Position numbers and translations under genes: made by a program. 64,000 nucleotides of DNA, from positions 11,320-75,319 of the forward strand of contig JACPBB010000001.1 of the NCBI GenBank assembly GCA_016180525.1, read 5' to 3'. Positions 37,163 to 45,444 of the stretch are shown here, one piece after another (position 1 is the stretch's first letter; each line of letters starts with the position of its first letter). The notes under the pieces are model-generated. The model did not search any database. It was not told the DNA's origin and worked only from the letters and a program-made list of their open reading frames with translations. This DNA comes from Parcubacteria group bacterium. Its GTDB lineage: Bacteria > Patescibacteriota > Minisyncoccia > Phycocordibacterales > UBA2135.

Positions 37163-37230
37163 AGGCTTTAGGCTTTAGGCTTTAGGGATTAGGGATTACA
37201 TATTTTTCCTAACGCCTAGCGCCTAGTGCC
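37163..37230. repeat. intergenic 7-nt-periodic palindromic element between ftsW and murG
   Basis: ggctttaggctttaggctttagggattaggg - spacer - cctaacgcctagcgcctagtgcc. The arm ends 1 nt from the murG start codon. Confidence 0.6.
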
Positions 37231-38325
37231 TTAATTTTTACAATATCGAGATATATTCAAAATAATTCCCGAGCCAATAAACGTGAGAAGTAATGCTGTT
37301 CCTCCATGACTTATGAACGGAAGCGGTAGACCGGTGAGAGGAAAAATGGCGAGCATTGACCCAATGTTTAAAAACGCTTGGCCTGTTATAAGTATAACAA
37401 TTCCCACAACAGCGAGTCTAGAAAAATAATCAGGAGCTCTGTTCGCAATTTGAAATCCTCGTATCGCAAAAAACACAAATAGCAAAATGATAACGAGGGC
37501 GCCAATAAGACCGAATTCTTCCGCGGCGACTGCAAAAATTGAGTCGGAAATAGGCTCCGGTAAATACGTAAATTTTTGAACTCCATGCCCAAATCCCCTA
37601 CCCCATAATCCTCCGGAGCCAACAGCGATGAGTGCTTGCCCTATCTGCCAGCCAGCCCCCTGCACGTCGCTCCATGGGTTTATAAAAGTCAAAATACGCT
37701 CCGCCACATACGGCCGCGTATAAGCAAGCACGGTAAGTCCGACAATTGCCATAACGACAAGCGCGGCGATGTCCCGGAGACGAGCTCCGCTTGCAAAAAA
37801 TATTCCCACTGCGGCGGCAAGCATGACCGCAAGTGTTCCTGTATCCGGCTGTTTTAATAATATAAAACACACAATTCCCAAAAAAATAAAAAGTGGCAAA
37901 AGTCCGTAGGCAATTGTTTGTACCTTGAGACGAACGCCTGAAAACCACGCGGCAAGATAAAGCACCAATCCTAACTTTAATAACTCCGCTGGCTGAAACG
38001 AAAACGAACCAATCTCTACCCACCGAGACGCTCCTTTTAAGGTAAGCCCAATATCGGGAACAAAAACTAAAAGAGTCAGAATAATAGATGCAAGAAAAAT
38101 ATAGAATGAGTATTTTTTCCAAATTTTATAATTAATTTTTGAAACCAAAAAAAGCAGCGCGAGACCTGGTAAAAGCCCCAAAAAAACCTGATTAAAAATA
38201 ATTGATGACATCTTCGCTCCTTCTTCACGCGCAAGAAGGCCAAACGACGCAGAGAGAAAAATAAGAAATCCCCCTCCGGCAAGAAGCAATACGAGTGACA
38301 GAAACCATAGGTCAATTTTGTTCAT
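37231..38325 (-). CDS. ftsW: SEDS family peptidoglycan polymerase (FtsW/RodA)
   Basis: ~10 TM helices. Conserved SEDS segments. Position between murG and mraY. Confidence 0.7.
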   Translation of the reverse strand: MNKIDLWFLSLVLLLAGGGFLIFLSASFGLLAREEGAKMSSIIFNQVFLGLLPGLALLFLVSKINYKIWKKYSFYIFLASIILTLLVFVPDIGLTLKGASRWVEIGSFSFQPAELLKLGLVLYLAAWFSGVRLKVQTIAYGLLPLFIFLGIVCFILLKQPDTGTLAVMLAAAVGIFFASGARLRDIAALVVMAIVGLTVLAYTRPYVAERILTFINPWSDVQGAGWQIGQALIAVGSGGLWGRGFGHGVQKFTYLPEPISDSIFAVAAEEFGLIGALVIILLFVFFAIRGFQIANRAPDYFSRLAVVGIVILITGQAFLNIGSMLAIFPLTGLPLPFISHGGTALLLTFIGSGIILNISRYCKN

Positions 38326-38406
38326 AGGCGTTAGGCGTTAGGCGTTAGGCGTTAGGCGTTTTAGGATTTTAATTTTCCTAGAGCCTAGTGTCCTAGTGCC
38401 TAGAGC
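38326..38406. repeat. intergenic 7-nt-periodic palindromic element between mraY and ftsW
   Basis: ggcgttagg x5 - spacer - cctagagcctagtgtcctagtgcctagagcc. Confidence 0.6.
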
Positions 38407-39459
38407 CTAAATTAAAGCGATCACCATCCCTAAAATCGCGAGCACTCCGCTTAAAATCCAAAAGCGCATGGTAACCTTATACGCGGGCCATCCCAAAGCT
38501 TCAAAATGATGATGAATGGGCGCGATAAGAAATACTTTTCTACCAAATATTTTTTTTCCTATGAGTTGTACAATAACAGATGCCGGAGCGGCAAAGAGAA
38601 AAAAGGCAATGAGCGGCAAAACAATAACAGCCTTTGTAAGAAAGGCGACAACGGCAAGGGTCGTGGTAAGCCCTAAAATCCCCGTCTCTGACATATAGAA
38701 TCGCGCGGGAGGAATATTAAACCACAAAAACGCAAAGGTGCCTCCGGCAATGACACTGCAAAACGCCGCAAGGTCAATTTGGTTTTGAAAAAACGCGATT
38801 CCGGCATACGCGGCAAACGCAGTCGCAAGAATGCCCCCCGCAAGCCCGTCAAGCCCGTCAATAACCCCACCCGAAAAAAGAGCAAGCATGACAAGCATAA
38901 AGAAAGGTATAAAAAAAATCCCTAGAGAAATTTCCCCGAGAAACGGTATCGCGATAGTACTCACGCCCAATTTAACAAAAAACCACCATGCACCGATTGC
39001 CCCAATCCCTAAAACAGTAGCGATACGAAAAGACAATGGAAGCCCCCCGGCAACATATCCGCCTCGCCCAAACACAACTAAAAAATCATCAAATAATCCG
39101 ACACACGATGCCGCAAGAAGCGTAAAAAGGGGTAGCCAAGTTTGACTTCTGCTTAAAAAATTAAATTTTTCAGCTGCTTCCCCGGAAAATAGCTTTGATA
39201 GTAAAAAAAAGAATAAAACAGTAATAAGCGTTGAAAGCCAAATAATAATACCTCCCATACGCGGAGTGTTCGTTTCTTTTTCTTTATGAAGCGCGTTGAA
39301 AAGCGGCGTCTCCCCTCCTCCGAGCGCTTCATTCCGCGCTTTTTTTTTCCAAAGTTTATATTTATAGAGATAGTGCGTAACAAACGGAGTTATTGAAATG
39401 CCAATAGCAAACGCGACTGTCGCAGGAATAAATACTTTTAAGACGTTGATGATTTCCAT
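38407..39459 (-). CDS. mraY: phospho-N-acetylmuramoyl-pentapeptide transferase
   Basis: Polytopic membrane protein with MraY-type conserved loops (DD...DGLDGLAGG). dcw context. Confidence 0.8.
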   Translation of the reverse strand: MEIINVLKVFIPATVAFAIGISITPFVTHYLYKYKLWKKKARNEALGGGETPLFNALHKEKETNTPRMGGIIIWLSTLITVLFFFLLSKLFSGEAAEKFNFLSRSQTWLPLFTLLAASCVGLFDDFLVVFGRGGYVAGGLPLSFRIATVLGIGAIGAWWFFVKLGVSTIAIPFLGEISLGIFFIPFFMLVMLALFSGGVIDGLDGLAGGILATAFAAYAGIAFFQNQIDLAAFCSVIAGGTFAFLWFNIPPARFYMSETGILGLTTTLAVVAFLTKAVIVLPLIAFFLFAAPASVIVQLIGKKIFGRKVFLIAPIHHHFEALGWPAYKVTMRFWILSGVLAILGMVIALI

Positions 39460-39530
39460 GATACTAGGCTTTAGGCTTTAGGCTTTAGGAATTTCGTTTT
39501 TTCTAATGCCTAGCGCCTAGTGCCTCAATA
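39460..39530. repeat. intergenic 7-nt-periodic palindromic element immediately upstream of mraY, at the host-side edge of the GC-rich cassette
   Basis: ctaggctttaggctttaggctttagg - aatttcgttttttc - taatgcctagcgcctagtgcc. Confidence 0.6.
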
Positions 39531-39603
39531 ATATTATAACACTAAATAGACCTCGCTCAGAAGTTCGCCTCGTTAGAAATTCAGCCATTATTGTTTTTTA
39601 AAA

Positions 39604-39648
39604 TAAAAAAAGCCCCCCGAGCTACCGCGTAAGCAGTAGCATCGGGGG
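39604..39648 (-). terminator. intrinsic terminator downstream of the 566-aa GC-rich gene
   Basis: Minus-strand reading: cccccgatgctactgcttacgcggtagctcggggggc followed by ttttttt. Confidence 0.6.
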
Positions 39649-39717
39649 ACGTAGTTTGCTCTCCTCAAGAGTATTTCTCAACTAAAGAGGAGAAAAGAAC
39701 ATTGCCTTGTCGGACCG

Positions 39718-41418
39718 TTAGGCGTGGGCGTGGACCGTTGCGGCCTTCTTCGCCTTGGCCTTGCCCTTCTTGGCCTTCGGCTTGGGCGCGTCGGCGACCG
39801 CTTCGGTGGGAACTTCCTCGGGCTTCGAGGGAGTCTCCGGCGTGGCGGTCTTCTCGGCGGAGCGCCTGGCGATCTTGCCGAGCTCCCGAACGATCTTCTT
39901 GAACTCGTTCGGGTCCGTGAGAAGCGCCTTGTGCTTCTCCGGATACTCGACGGCCGTGATATCGCCGCCAGCTTCCGCGCGCGAGGCGAGGAAGTGGACC
40001 TGGAAGTGCTTCTTGCCCTTGCTGTCCCTCCAGGGGAACTTGATGAAGGAGTAGGACATGCCGGCCTTCGCGGGTTCGCCGAAGAAGTCCCCGAAGGAAA
40101 CGTTGGCCTTGCTGTTGTAGTTGTCCTTCTCCGTCTTGTACGCTTCATGTGCGTCTTCCTGCTTCTGGGCGCACTTGAACGCCCAGGAAAGCCGGCGGTA
40201 CAAGTCCTTCAAATTGCCGAACTCGTGCTGGTTGGGCACGAAGTAAGGCAACTCGAGATAGAACTTGTCCAGATCCTGGAGGGACTCCAGGGGAATCGCC
40301 CACGGGGCGATGCGGTGGCCGCGGTCGGAAACCGGCGAAGCGAGCGACGTCAAGGCCTCGGAGAGGGTCTGATAGACGACCTTTTCATAGCCTTCGCCGT
40401 CGTTCGGATACTCCATCGCCTTGCCGTCGACGACCTGAGGACCTTCGCGGGTAGGCGGTACAAGCGAGACGAAGATGCCCGTGTAGGGAACCTTGTTCCC
40501 GTCCTTGTCCTTCGACATGCGCGTGTCTTCAAACGCGCAGAGAAGGGCGCCGCCTTCGTGGGTCACGAATCGGACTTTCTTGTCCTGTGTGCCCCCCTTT
40601 TGCCGCGGGAACCAAACGTAGCAGGTTGCCGCTGGCACTTGCCGTGGCTTGCCGTCCTTGTCTCGACGTATGACGGTGGTCGTGAGATCTTTCTTGGTCA
40701 CCGAGCGGAACTCGGAGACCCACTTGACCGTCGCCTGGTTGCGAAACGCTGCGGACCCATCCTTGGTGTCGGCGCGGGAGACGAAGTATGCCCCGCGCGC
40801 CTTCTCCGAGAGGAGCATGAGAATGTTGAGGTCATAGACCTCGTTCTCGTACTCCTTGGTCGCGCCGATCCACGTGCCGTTGACCAAGGCGCCGATCGGG
40901 AGCTTCTCCTTGGAGGCGAAGATGATGTTTCGCTCCAAGCCGAACTGATTCATCCGTTCCGCCACGCTCGCAAGAGCACCATCCGGAACGATTTGGCCGA
41001 GCATCGCGGCGAGAAAATGAACTCCCGCCGTATGCATGAACCGGTCCTTCTGATCCCCAACGAAATTCTTGGCGTCGGGGAAAACGTCGACGTCGGCGTC
41101 ACAGAAGCGCTCGGCGGTCTTGACCATCTCCTCGGCGGAATGTCCCGCCTGAAGAAGCGCTGCCGCCTTCGTGGCGTACAGCGCGACGAATTCGGGAACC
41201 TGCGTCATGAGGGTGTTGAAAGCGCCCTCGTTTGCCGCTTGTTCCTCGGGCGTGGACTGGATCGTTGGCAGCGTGAAGCCGCCTGTCTTGGTGGTCTGCA
41301 TGGCTTTCGCCTCCTTGTGGTTGCCGTTTGGTTTTGACTCGTCAGGACGCCGAGTCACCTTGATGCCCTTTGCCTCCAGCGCTTGCTGGGTTTGGGGGTT
41401 GATGATCTCACCAGTCAT
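39718..41418 (-). CDS. hypothetical protein (566 aa) with C-terminal Lys/Ala/Pro-rich histone-H1-like tail; GC-rich, foreign composition
   Basis: ~60% GC, AAG/GCC codons. C-terminus PKPKAKKGKAKAKKAATVHAHA. Own -10-like TATAAT upstream and a hairpin + T-tract terminator downstream (39604..39648). Confidence 0.55.
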   Translation of the reverse strand: MTGEIINPQTQQALEAKGIKVTRRPDESKPNGNHKEAKAMQTTKTGGFTLPTIQSTPEEQAANEGAFNTLMTQVPEFVALYATKAAALLQAGHSAEEMVKTAERFCDADVDVFPDAKNFVGDQKDRFMHTAGVHFLAAMLGQIVPDGALASVAERMNQFGLERNIIFASKEKLPIGALVNGTWIGATKEYENEVYDLNILMLLSEKARGAYFVSRADTKDGSAAFRNQATVKWVSEFRSVTKKDLTTTVIRRDKDGKPRQVPAATCYVWFPRQKGGTQDKKVRFVTHEGGALLCAFEDTRMSKDKDGNKVPYTGIFVSLVPPTREGPQVVDGKAMEYPNDGEGYEKVVYQTLSEALTSLASPVSDRGHRIAPWAIPLESLQDLDKFYLELPYFVPNQHEFGNLKDLYRRLSWAFKCAQKQEDAHEAYKTEKDNYNSKANVSFGDFFGEPAKAGMSYSFIKFPWRDSKGKKHFQVHFLASRAEAGGDITAVEYPEKHKALLTDPNEFKKIVRELGKIARRSAEKTATPETPSKPEEVPTEAVADAPKPKAKKGKAKAKKAATVHAHA

Positions 41419-41509
41419 GGTGATTTCCTTTCTTTCTGTCTGTAGTTGTCAAGGTCTTAAAGGGTTTTTCCGTACAAAAAACGTACACCCTCTTCGTACT
41501 AATTGTTAT

Positions 41510-41563
41510 TATAGCAAAAAAGAAAGGCCCTGTCAAGTACCTTTCTAGGTTCCTGACAGGGCC
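41510..41563 (-). terminator. hairpin + T-tract after the 211-aa cassette gene, also containing a -10-like element for the 566-aa gene
   Basis: Minus-strand reading: ggccctgtcaggaacctagaaaggtacttgacagggcc tttctttttt gctataataacaa. Confidence 0.5.
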
Positions 41564-41588
41564 GCAAAAAACTCTTTACCTGTGAGCT

Positions 41589-42224
41589 TTAATCATCCCA
41601 CCGTCGCCGGGGATCAGCTTCCAACTTAGACATGTGCTCGGGAAGAAAAGACAGGCTTCCGACTTCACGAACGGAGACAACGATATCTCCGTCCTCATCT
41701 TTTGCTTCAATGAACATTGCGCGATGCTCGTCACCCAACTGTATTTTCACAAAAACAGGATTGAAAATGCCATCTTTGCCAGGATAGGCAAGGGGCTGAA
41801 GCGTTTCTGTCGCCCATCCTTTCTTACTTGTCCTTACCATATCGTGCATTGAGAAGCCGAACGGAAATCGCTCTGTTGCTCCTTTTCGTCCGCAGATCAT
41901 GAAGTGACGCGGGTTCTTCCGCTGTAACAACAGCCAATGAAGCGGCTGTGCGAGAGCGCGGCGTGCCCCTGGAAAAGTGATATTCGTTTCCTCTCCGCTG
42001 AACACACGCCCCGGTATGTATGAATATGCAGGAAGCGCGACGTGCACAACCGGCTTACCCTTGTTGCTTCCATGCACTACTAAGTTTGTTTTGAGTGCTT
42101 CAAGTTCCTTGGTCCAATCTGAAAGTTCTGAAGAGAGCGGAAGGTCAAAATTAAGTTGAAAAGCGATTCTCAAAAACGGTGCATCCACCCCAATGGGGTA
42201 GAATTTCCGAGTTTCATTCGTCAT
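41589..42224 (-). CDS. hypothetical protein (211 aa), middle gene of the GC-rich cassette
   Basis: ORF with ~50% GC. Start overlaps the stop of the upstream nuclease gene (ATGA). Followed by a hairpin terminator at 41510..41563. Confidence 0.45.
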   Translation of the reverse strand: MTNETRKFYPIGVDAPFLRIAFQLNFDLPLSSELSDWTKELEALKTNLVVHGSNKGKPVVHVALPAYSYIPGRVFSGEETNITFPGARRALAQPLHWLLLQRKNPRHFMICGRKGATERFPFGFSMHDMVRTSKKGWATETLQPLAYPGKDGIFNPVFVKIQLGDEHRAMFIEAKDEDGDIVVSVREVGSLSFLPEHMSKLEADPRRRWDD

Positions 42225-43690
42225 ATTCCGACCTCCGTTCCATGCTTGGGATAGGCAAACCGTTCGCTGTCCTTGCCCGTAAGATATCGCGTTGCTTGCG
42301 AGAACTCGGCGTGAACAACAACGATTCGTTTGGGAGAGAGCATGTCCACCATGCGCTCAAACTCCCCCTCTTCCTGGTGAGAAGAGGTCGCGAGTCGGTG
42401 CACCTCGCACCGCACTTCATATGTGTCATGCCCGATTTCTATCGTGCATGGATCCGAACTAGCTCCAATACTAACCTCTTCAGCGGCACCATGACGATGC
42501 GCAAGTAAGGCTGTACCGGGCGAACAGGGGTCTTGCCAATTATTGATGACAAACGAGACGTCTGCGTGTTCCACGCCACGAGTAAGCCACCAATGAGCGG
42601 GGCTTCGGTCGGGAAACATGCCTCCGGCAGCAACAACAATCGCATGCCGGCTGCGAAGCACTTCTTCACGCTCCCGCTTGCCGTGGATAAACGTGAGGTT
42701 CTCAAGCAGATGCTGCTGCTCCGGTTCTAAACACTCTTTGAATATTTGAAGCGCCCTGTCTCCGCCATCAATATAGAGCTTTGCGACCTTTTCAAGGCCG
42801 GCATTGCGAATCCGTGCAATGTTGTCCGGCTCACGATGGATGGAAAGCGACGGTACCACCACAATCCCTCCACGGTTAAGTGTCCCGAGAAAACTGTCGC
42901 TCTCAAGGAAACCCTCAACGGGAGTTTCAAGCGGATCCGGAATTTTGCCCAAATTGGTACCATCCGGAATCAACATGTCTATTTTAATGTCAGGACGCAC
43001 TGCGCCCCTGATGAAAATCTGGTCTTTATCGGACGTGTCCCCTGTCGCAAGCACACGGGCCTCTCCGCCATTTGAAAGCTTCTGGCAGAAAAGAAACGAA
43101 GCCGCGCCAAGAATATGCCCTGCCGGAATTACAACCATTGTGAGGGTGGGATTCAACTCAATCATCTCACCAAAGTGTATAATTCGCACATACTCTTCAA
43201 GCGTATCAATATCGTGTTCATCAAAAAGCGGCTGATGACCTTTCCAGTCAGGATTCCGCTTCATTGAATTAACTGTCTGGGTTAACTGATGTTTCGTAAA
43301 TCGCCACGCGGGCCCCGTCATCCAAATACGCAACGAGTCTGGCGTAAGAGACGGGTTTGCCGCGAGCATTAACTTAAACTGAAGCGCAAGCGCTCCGATA
43401 TGGTCAAGATGAGCGTGGGTAATTACAATATCTCGTATCCCCATAAGTGCACCGATGTTTTTGTACAAAACATGGGGAAGTGCTTTCTTGTATGTCTCTG
43501 GTGCCCACGAAACGCGTGGCCGAGTTCCAGATTCAAGCTGAACTTCATATCCTAAAAAGTTCAGAACATATAAAGCTGCTCCAATTTCACGAACTGCGCC
43601 GTACCCAGTGAAAGAAATATCACGCGGGGAGGGAGCCCGAGTTCGGTTCATTTTGTACATCTTTCGTTTAGCTATTCTGTGTGGTGTCAT
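42221..43690 (-). CDS. metallo-beta-lactamase fold nuclease of the beta-CASP family (RNase J/CPSF73/SNM1-like)
   Basis: N-terminal GYGAVREIGAALYVLNFLGYEVQLESG. Motif 2 VITHAHLDHIGAL. Beta-CASP-like AGHILGAASF. C-terminal VVVHAE. First gene of the GC-rich cassette. Confidence 0.6.
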   Translation of the reverse strand: MTPHRIAKRKMYKMNRTRAPSPRDISFTGYGAVREIGAALYVLNFLGYEVQLESGTRPRVSWAPETYKKALPHVLYKNIGALMGIRDIVITHAHLDHIGALALQFKLMLAANPSLTPDSLRIWMTGPAWRFTKHQLTQTVNSMKRNPDWKGHQPLFDEHDIDTLEEYVRIIHFGEMIELNPTLTMVVIPAGHILGAASFLFCQKLSNGGEARVLATGDTSDKDQIFIRGAVRPDIKIDMLIPDGTNLGKIPDPLETPVEGFLESDSFLGTLNRGGIVVVPSLSIHREPDNIARIRNAGLEKVAKLYIDGGDRALQIFKECLEPEQQHLLENLTFIHGKREREEVLRSRHAIVVAAGGMFPDRSPAHWWLTRGVEHADVSFVINNWQDPCSPGTALLAHRHGAAEEVSIGASSDPCTIEIGHDTYEVRCEVHRLATSSHQEEGEFERMVDMLSPKRIVVVHAEFSQATRYLTGKDSERFAYPKHGTEVGI

Positions 43691-43866
43691 TTCGTCCTTC
43701 CTGCTGTTGTTTTAAGCCAGAATTGGCCTAATTTTTTTCAATGTTCCATTCAATGCTTATAATACTACATTACTATAAAAAAGTCAACCCCGATAATATT
43801 ATCAGCAAGGACGATCGTCAGGCTTCTAAAGAAGTCTCAACACCATCGAAGTGTCCATTTCACATT

Positions 43867-44799
43867 TTAAAGTTGCAATGTTTTAAGTGCCGCGAATATA
43901 AGCTGTTCGGCGTCTGAAAAACGTTCGTCAGGAGTTGACCCGAGCACGACAACCGCAATCGGCCGCATAGGCCCTGCATCAAAAATGAGCGCGAAATTTC
44001 CTCCGGCAAGATCAGTTGTCCCCGTCTTTGAGGCGACAATTCCCGGAAATGTTTCAACAAACTTATTCGTATTTTCAAGATTGTGTACTGCCCCATCAAG
44101 AGAGTGCGTCGTAAGCAAAAGATGTGTCGTTGCTTCCATTAAATGCGGATGCTCTCTCTCTACGTATCCAAGAAGACGCGCGAAGTCCTGCGCCGAGCCG
44201 TATGCGCCGCTTACTCCGAGATTTATATCAAACCCCGTTTCATTGATAAAAAATGTTTGACTGAGTCCTATTTGTTTTGCTTTTTGGTTTAACGCTTCTG
44301 TAAGTGGACTCTGTCCAGACGCAAATGAATCTCTGCCGCCAGAAGTGATTACAGACGCAAGCGCATGAGCTCCATCATTTGACGAAGTCAAGAGTGTTGC
44401 GTCAATTAAATCTTTTAAGCGCCAGCGCTCTCCGACGAGAAATCCATGGTCCCCTTCTTCTAAAATTGCTTCCTTGCTTACTATGGCAATACCGTCTTCT
44501 CCCTGTTCCTCAAGAGCGATGAGCGCGGTCATAATTTTAGTAAGGGAAGCGAGAGGAAGTTGTGCTTCTCCGTTTAATGAATATAAAGGCTTCTTTTTTT
44601 CTATATCAAAAACAAATGCCGCTTTTGCTTTAAGGTGTATGAGTGAAAACGGGTCAGGGACTAAAAGTTGTTTTATGTGCTCTTCTTCCGGAGACGTAAG
44701 AATATTCGTTTGTATTAACACCATGCGCCCAAATAAAAAAAGAAAAAAGACGAGCGCAAGCCCGGAAACAATAATGTGGTCTTTGTTCTTAAAATTCAT
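43867..44799 (-). CDS. D-alanyl-D-alanine carboxypeptidase, serine peptidase S11 (PBP5-like)
   Basis: N-terminal TM. SxxK (SLTK), SxN (SSN) and KTG (KTGTT) active-site motifs in the correct order. Confidence 0.75.
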   Translation of the reverse strand: MNFKNKDHIIVSGLALVFFLFLFGRMVLIQTNILTSPEEEHIKQLLVPDPFSLIHLKAKAAFVFDIEKKKPLYSLNGEAQLPLASLTKIMTALIALEEQGEDGIAIVSKEAILEEGDHGFLVGERWRLKDLIDATLLTSSNDGAHALASVITSGGRDSFASGQSPLTEALNQKAKQIGLSQTFFINETGFDINLGVSGAYGSAQDFARLLGYVEREHPHLMEATTHLLLTTHSLDGAVHNLENTNKFVETFPGIVASKTGTTDLAGGNFALIFDAGPMRPIAVVVLGSTPDERFSDAEQLIFAALKTLQL

Positions 44800-44865
44800 A
44801 AAAATTTAGGGTTTAGCGGATAGCGTTTAGACGAAACTGAACCCTAAACGCTGTACGCTAAACGC
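44800..44865. repeat. intergenic palindromic element, sequence variant (gggtttagcg / cgctaaacgc arms)
   Basis: gggtttagcggatagcgtttag - spacer - ccctaaacgctgtacgctaaacgc. Same architecture with different heptamers. Confidence 0.45.
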
Positions 44866-45411
44866 TTATTCTTCTTGATTTTGAAATGTTTCTTCAAATA
44901 CTTTTACTTCGTTCTGAACTGTTTCATATTCAGGCAGCTGTGAAATACGGGTTATGCCCAAATATTGAAGTAATTCAAACGCAGGTCGGTATAACAAAAT
45001 TCGCTTGTCTTTTTCATCTACGATCCTTTCAATTAAACCACGAACAAGCAAGTTTCTCAAAATAAATTGCGAGTTTACGCCACGAATAAAATCAATATTA
45101 CTTTTATTGATCGGGCCACGATAGAGAATGAGCGTAAGTGTTTCAAGAGCCGCGCGAGAAAGCTCCGCGGTAAGCTCTGCTTTTGTTATCTCGGCAAGAA
45201 GCTCTCCGTGTTCAGGCGCGCTCCCCAGCATAACGGTATCTTCTTTAAATAGCAACCTCACACCGCGCCCTTCCAAATTTTTTTCAAGCAACAAAAGAGC
45301 CTCTTTGACTTCTTCTTCCGCAACTTTTAAATGCTTAGCTAAAAAAGCTATACGCACAGGTTCTGCTTTTAAGAAAAGAATCGCTTCAATTTTTTGCTCT
45401 AGGTTAGACAT
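44866..45411 (-). CDS. scpB: segregation and condensation protein B
   Basis: Tandem winged-helix pattern (IEAILFL...EPVRIAFLAKHL...; LETLTLILYRGPINKSNIDFIRGV) typical of ScpB. Adjacent to scpA. Confidence 0.7.
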   Translation of the reverse strand: MSNLEQKIEAILFLKAEPVRIAFLAKHLKVAEEEVKEALLLLEKNLEGRGVRLLFKEDTVMLGSAPEHGELLAEITKAELTAELSRAALETLTLILYRGPINKSNIDFIRGVNSQFILRNLLVRGLIERIVDEKDKRILLYRPAFELLQYLGITRISQLPEYETVQNEVKVFEETFQNQEE

Positions 45412-45444
45412 AGTATGAAGAAATAATTGCTTGACGTTTAGAAA

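Noticed and set aside
37598-38122. 174-aa minus-strand ORF (Cys/Arg-rich) and other ORFs inside ftsW and mraY.
   Set aside because: Alternative frames of polytopic membrane-protein genes. The sense frames carry the conserved SEDS and MraY features.
39724-41337. 537-aa ORF on the plus strand inside the GC-rich cassette, plus several 60-100-aa ORFs there.
   Set aside because: Antisense to the 566-aa minus-strand gene. Long stop-free antisense frames are expected at ~60% GC. The product is Arg/Gly/Leu-rich low-complexity, and there is no start context.
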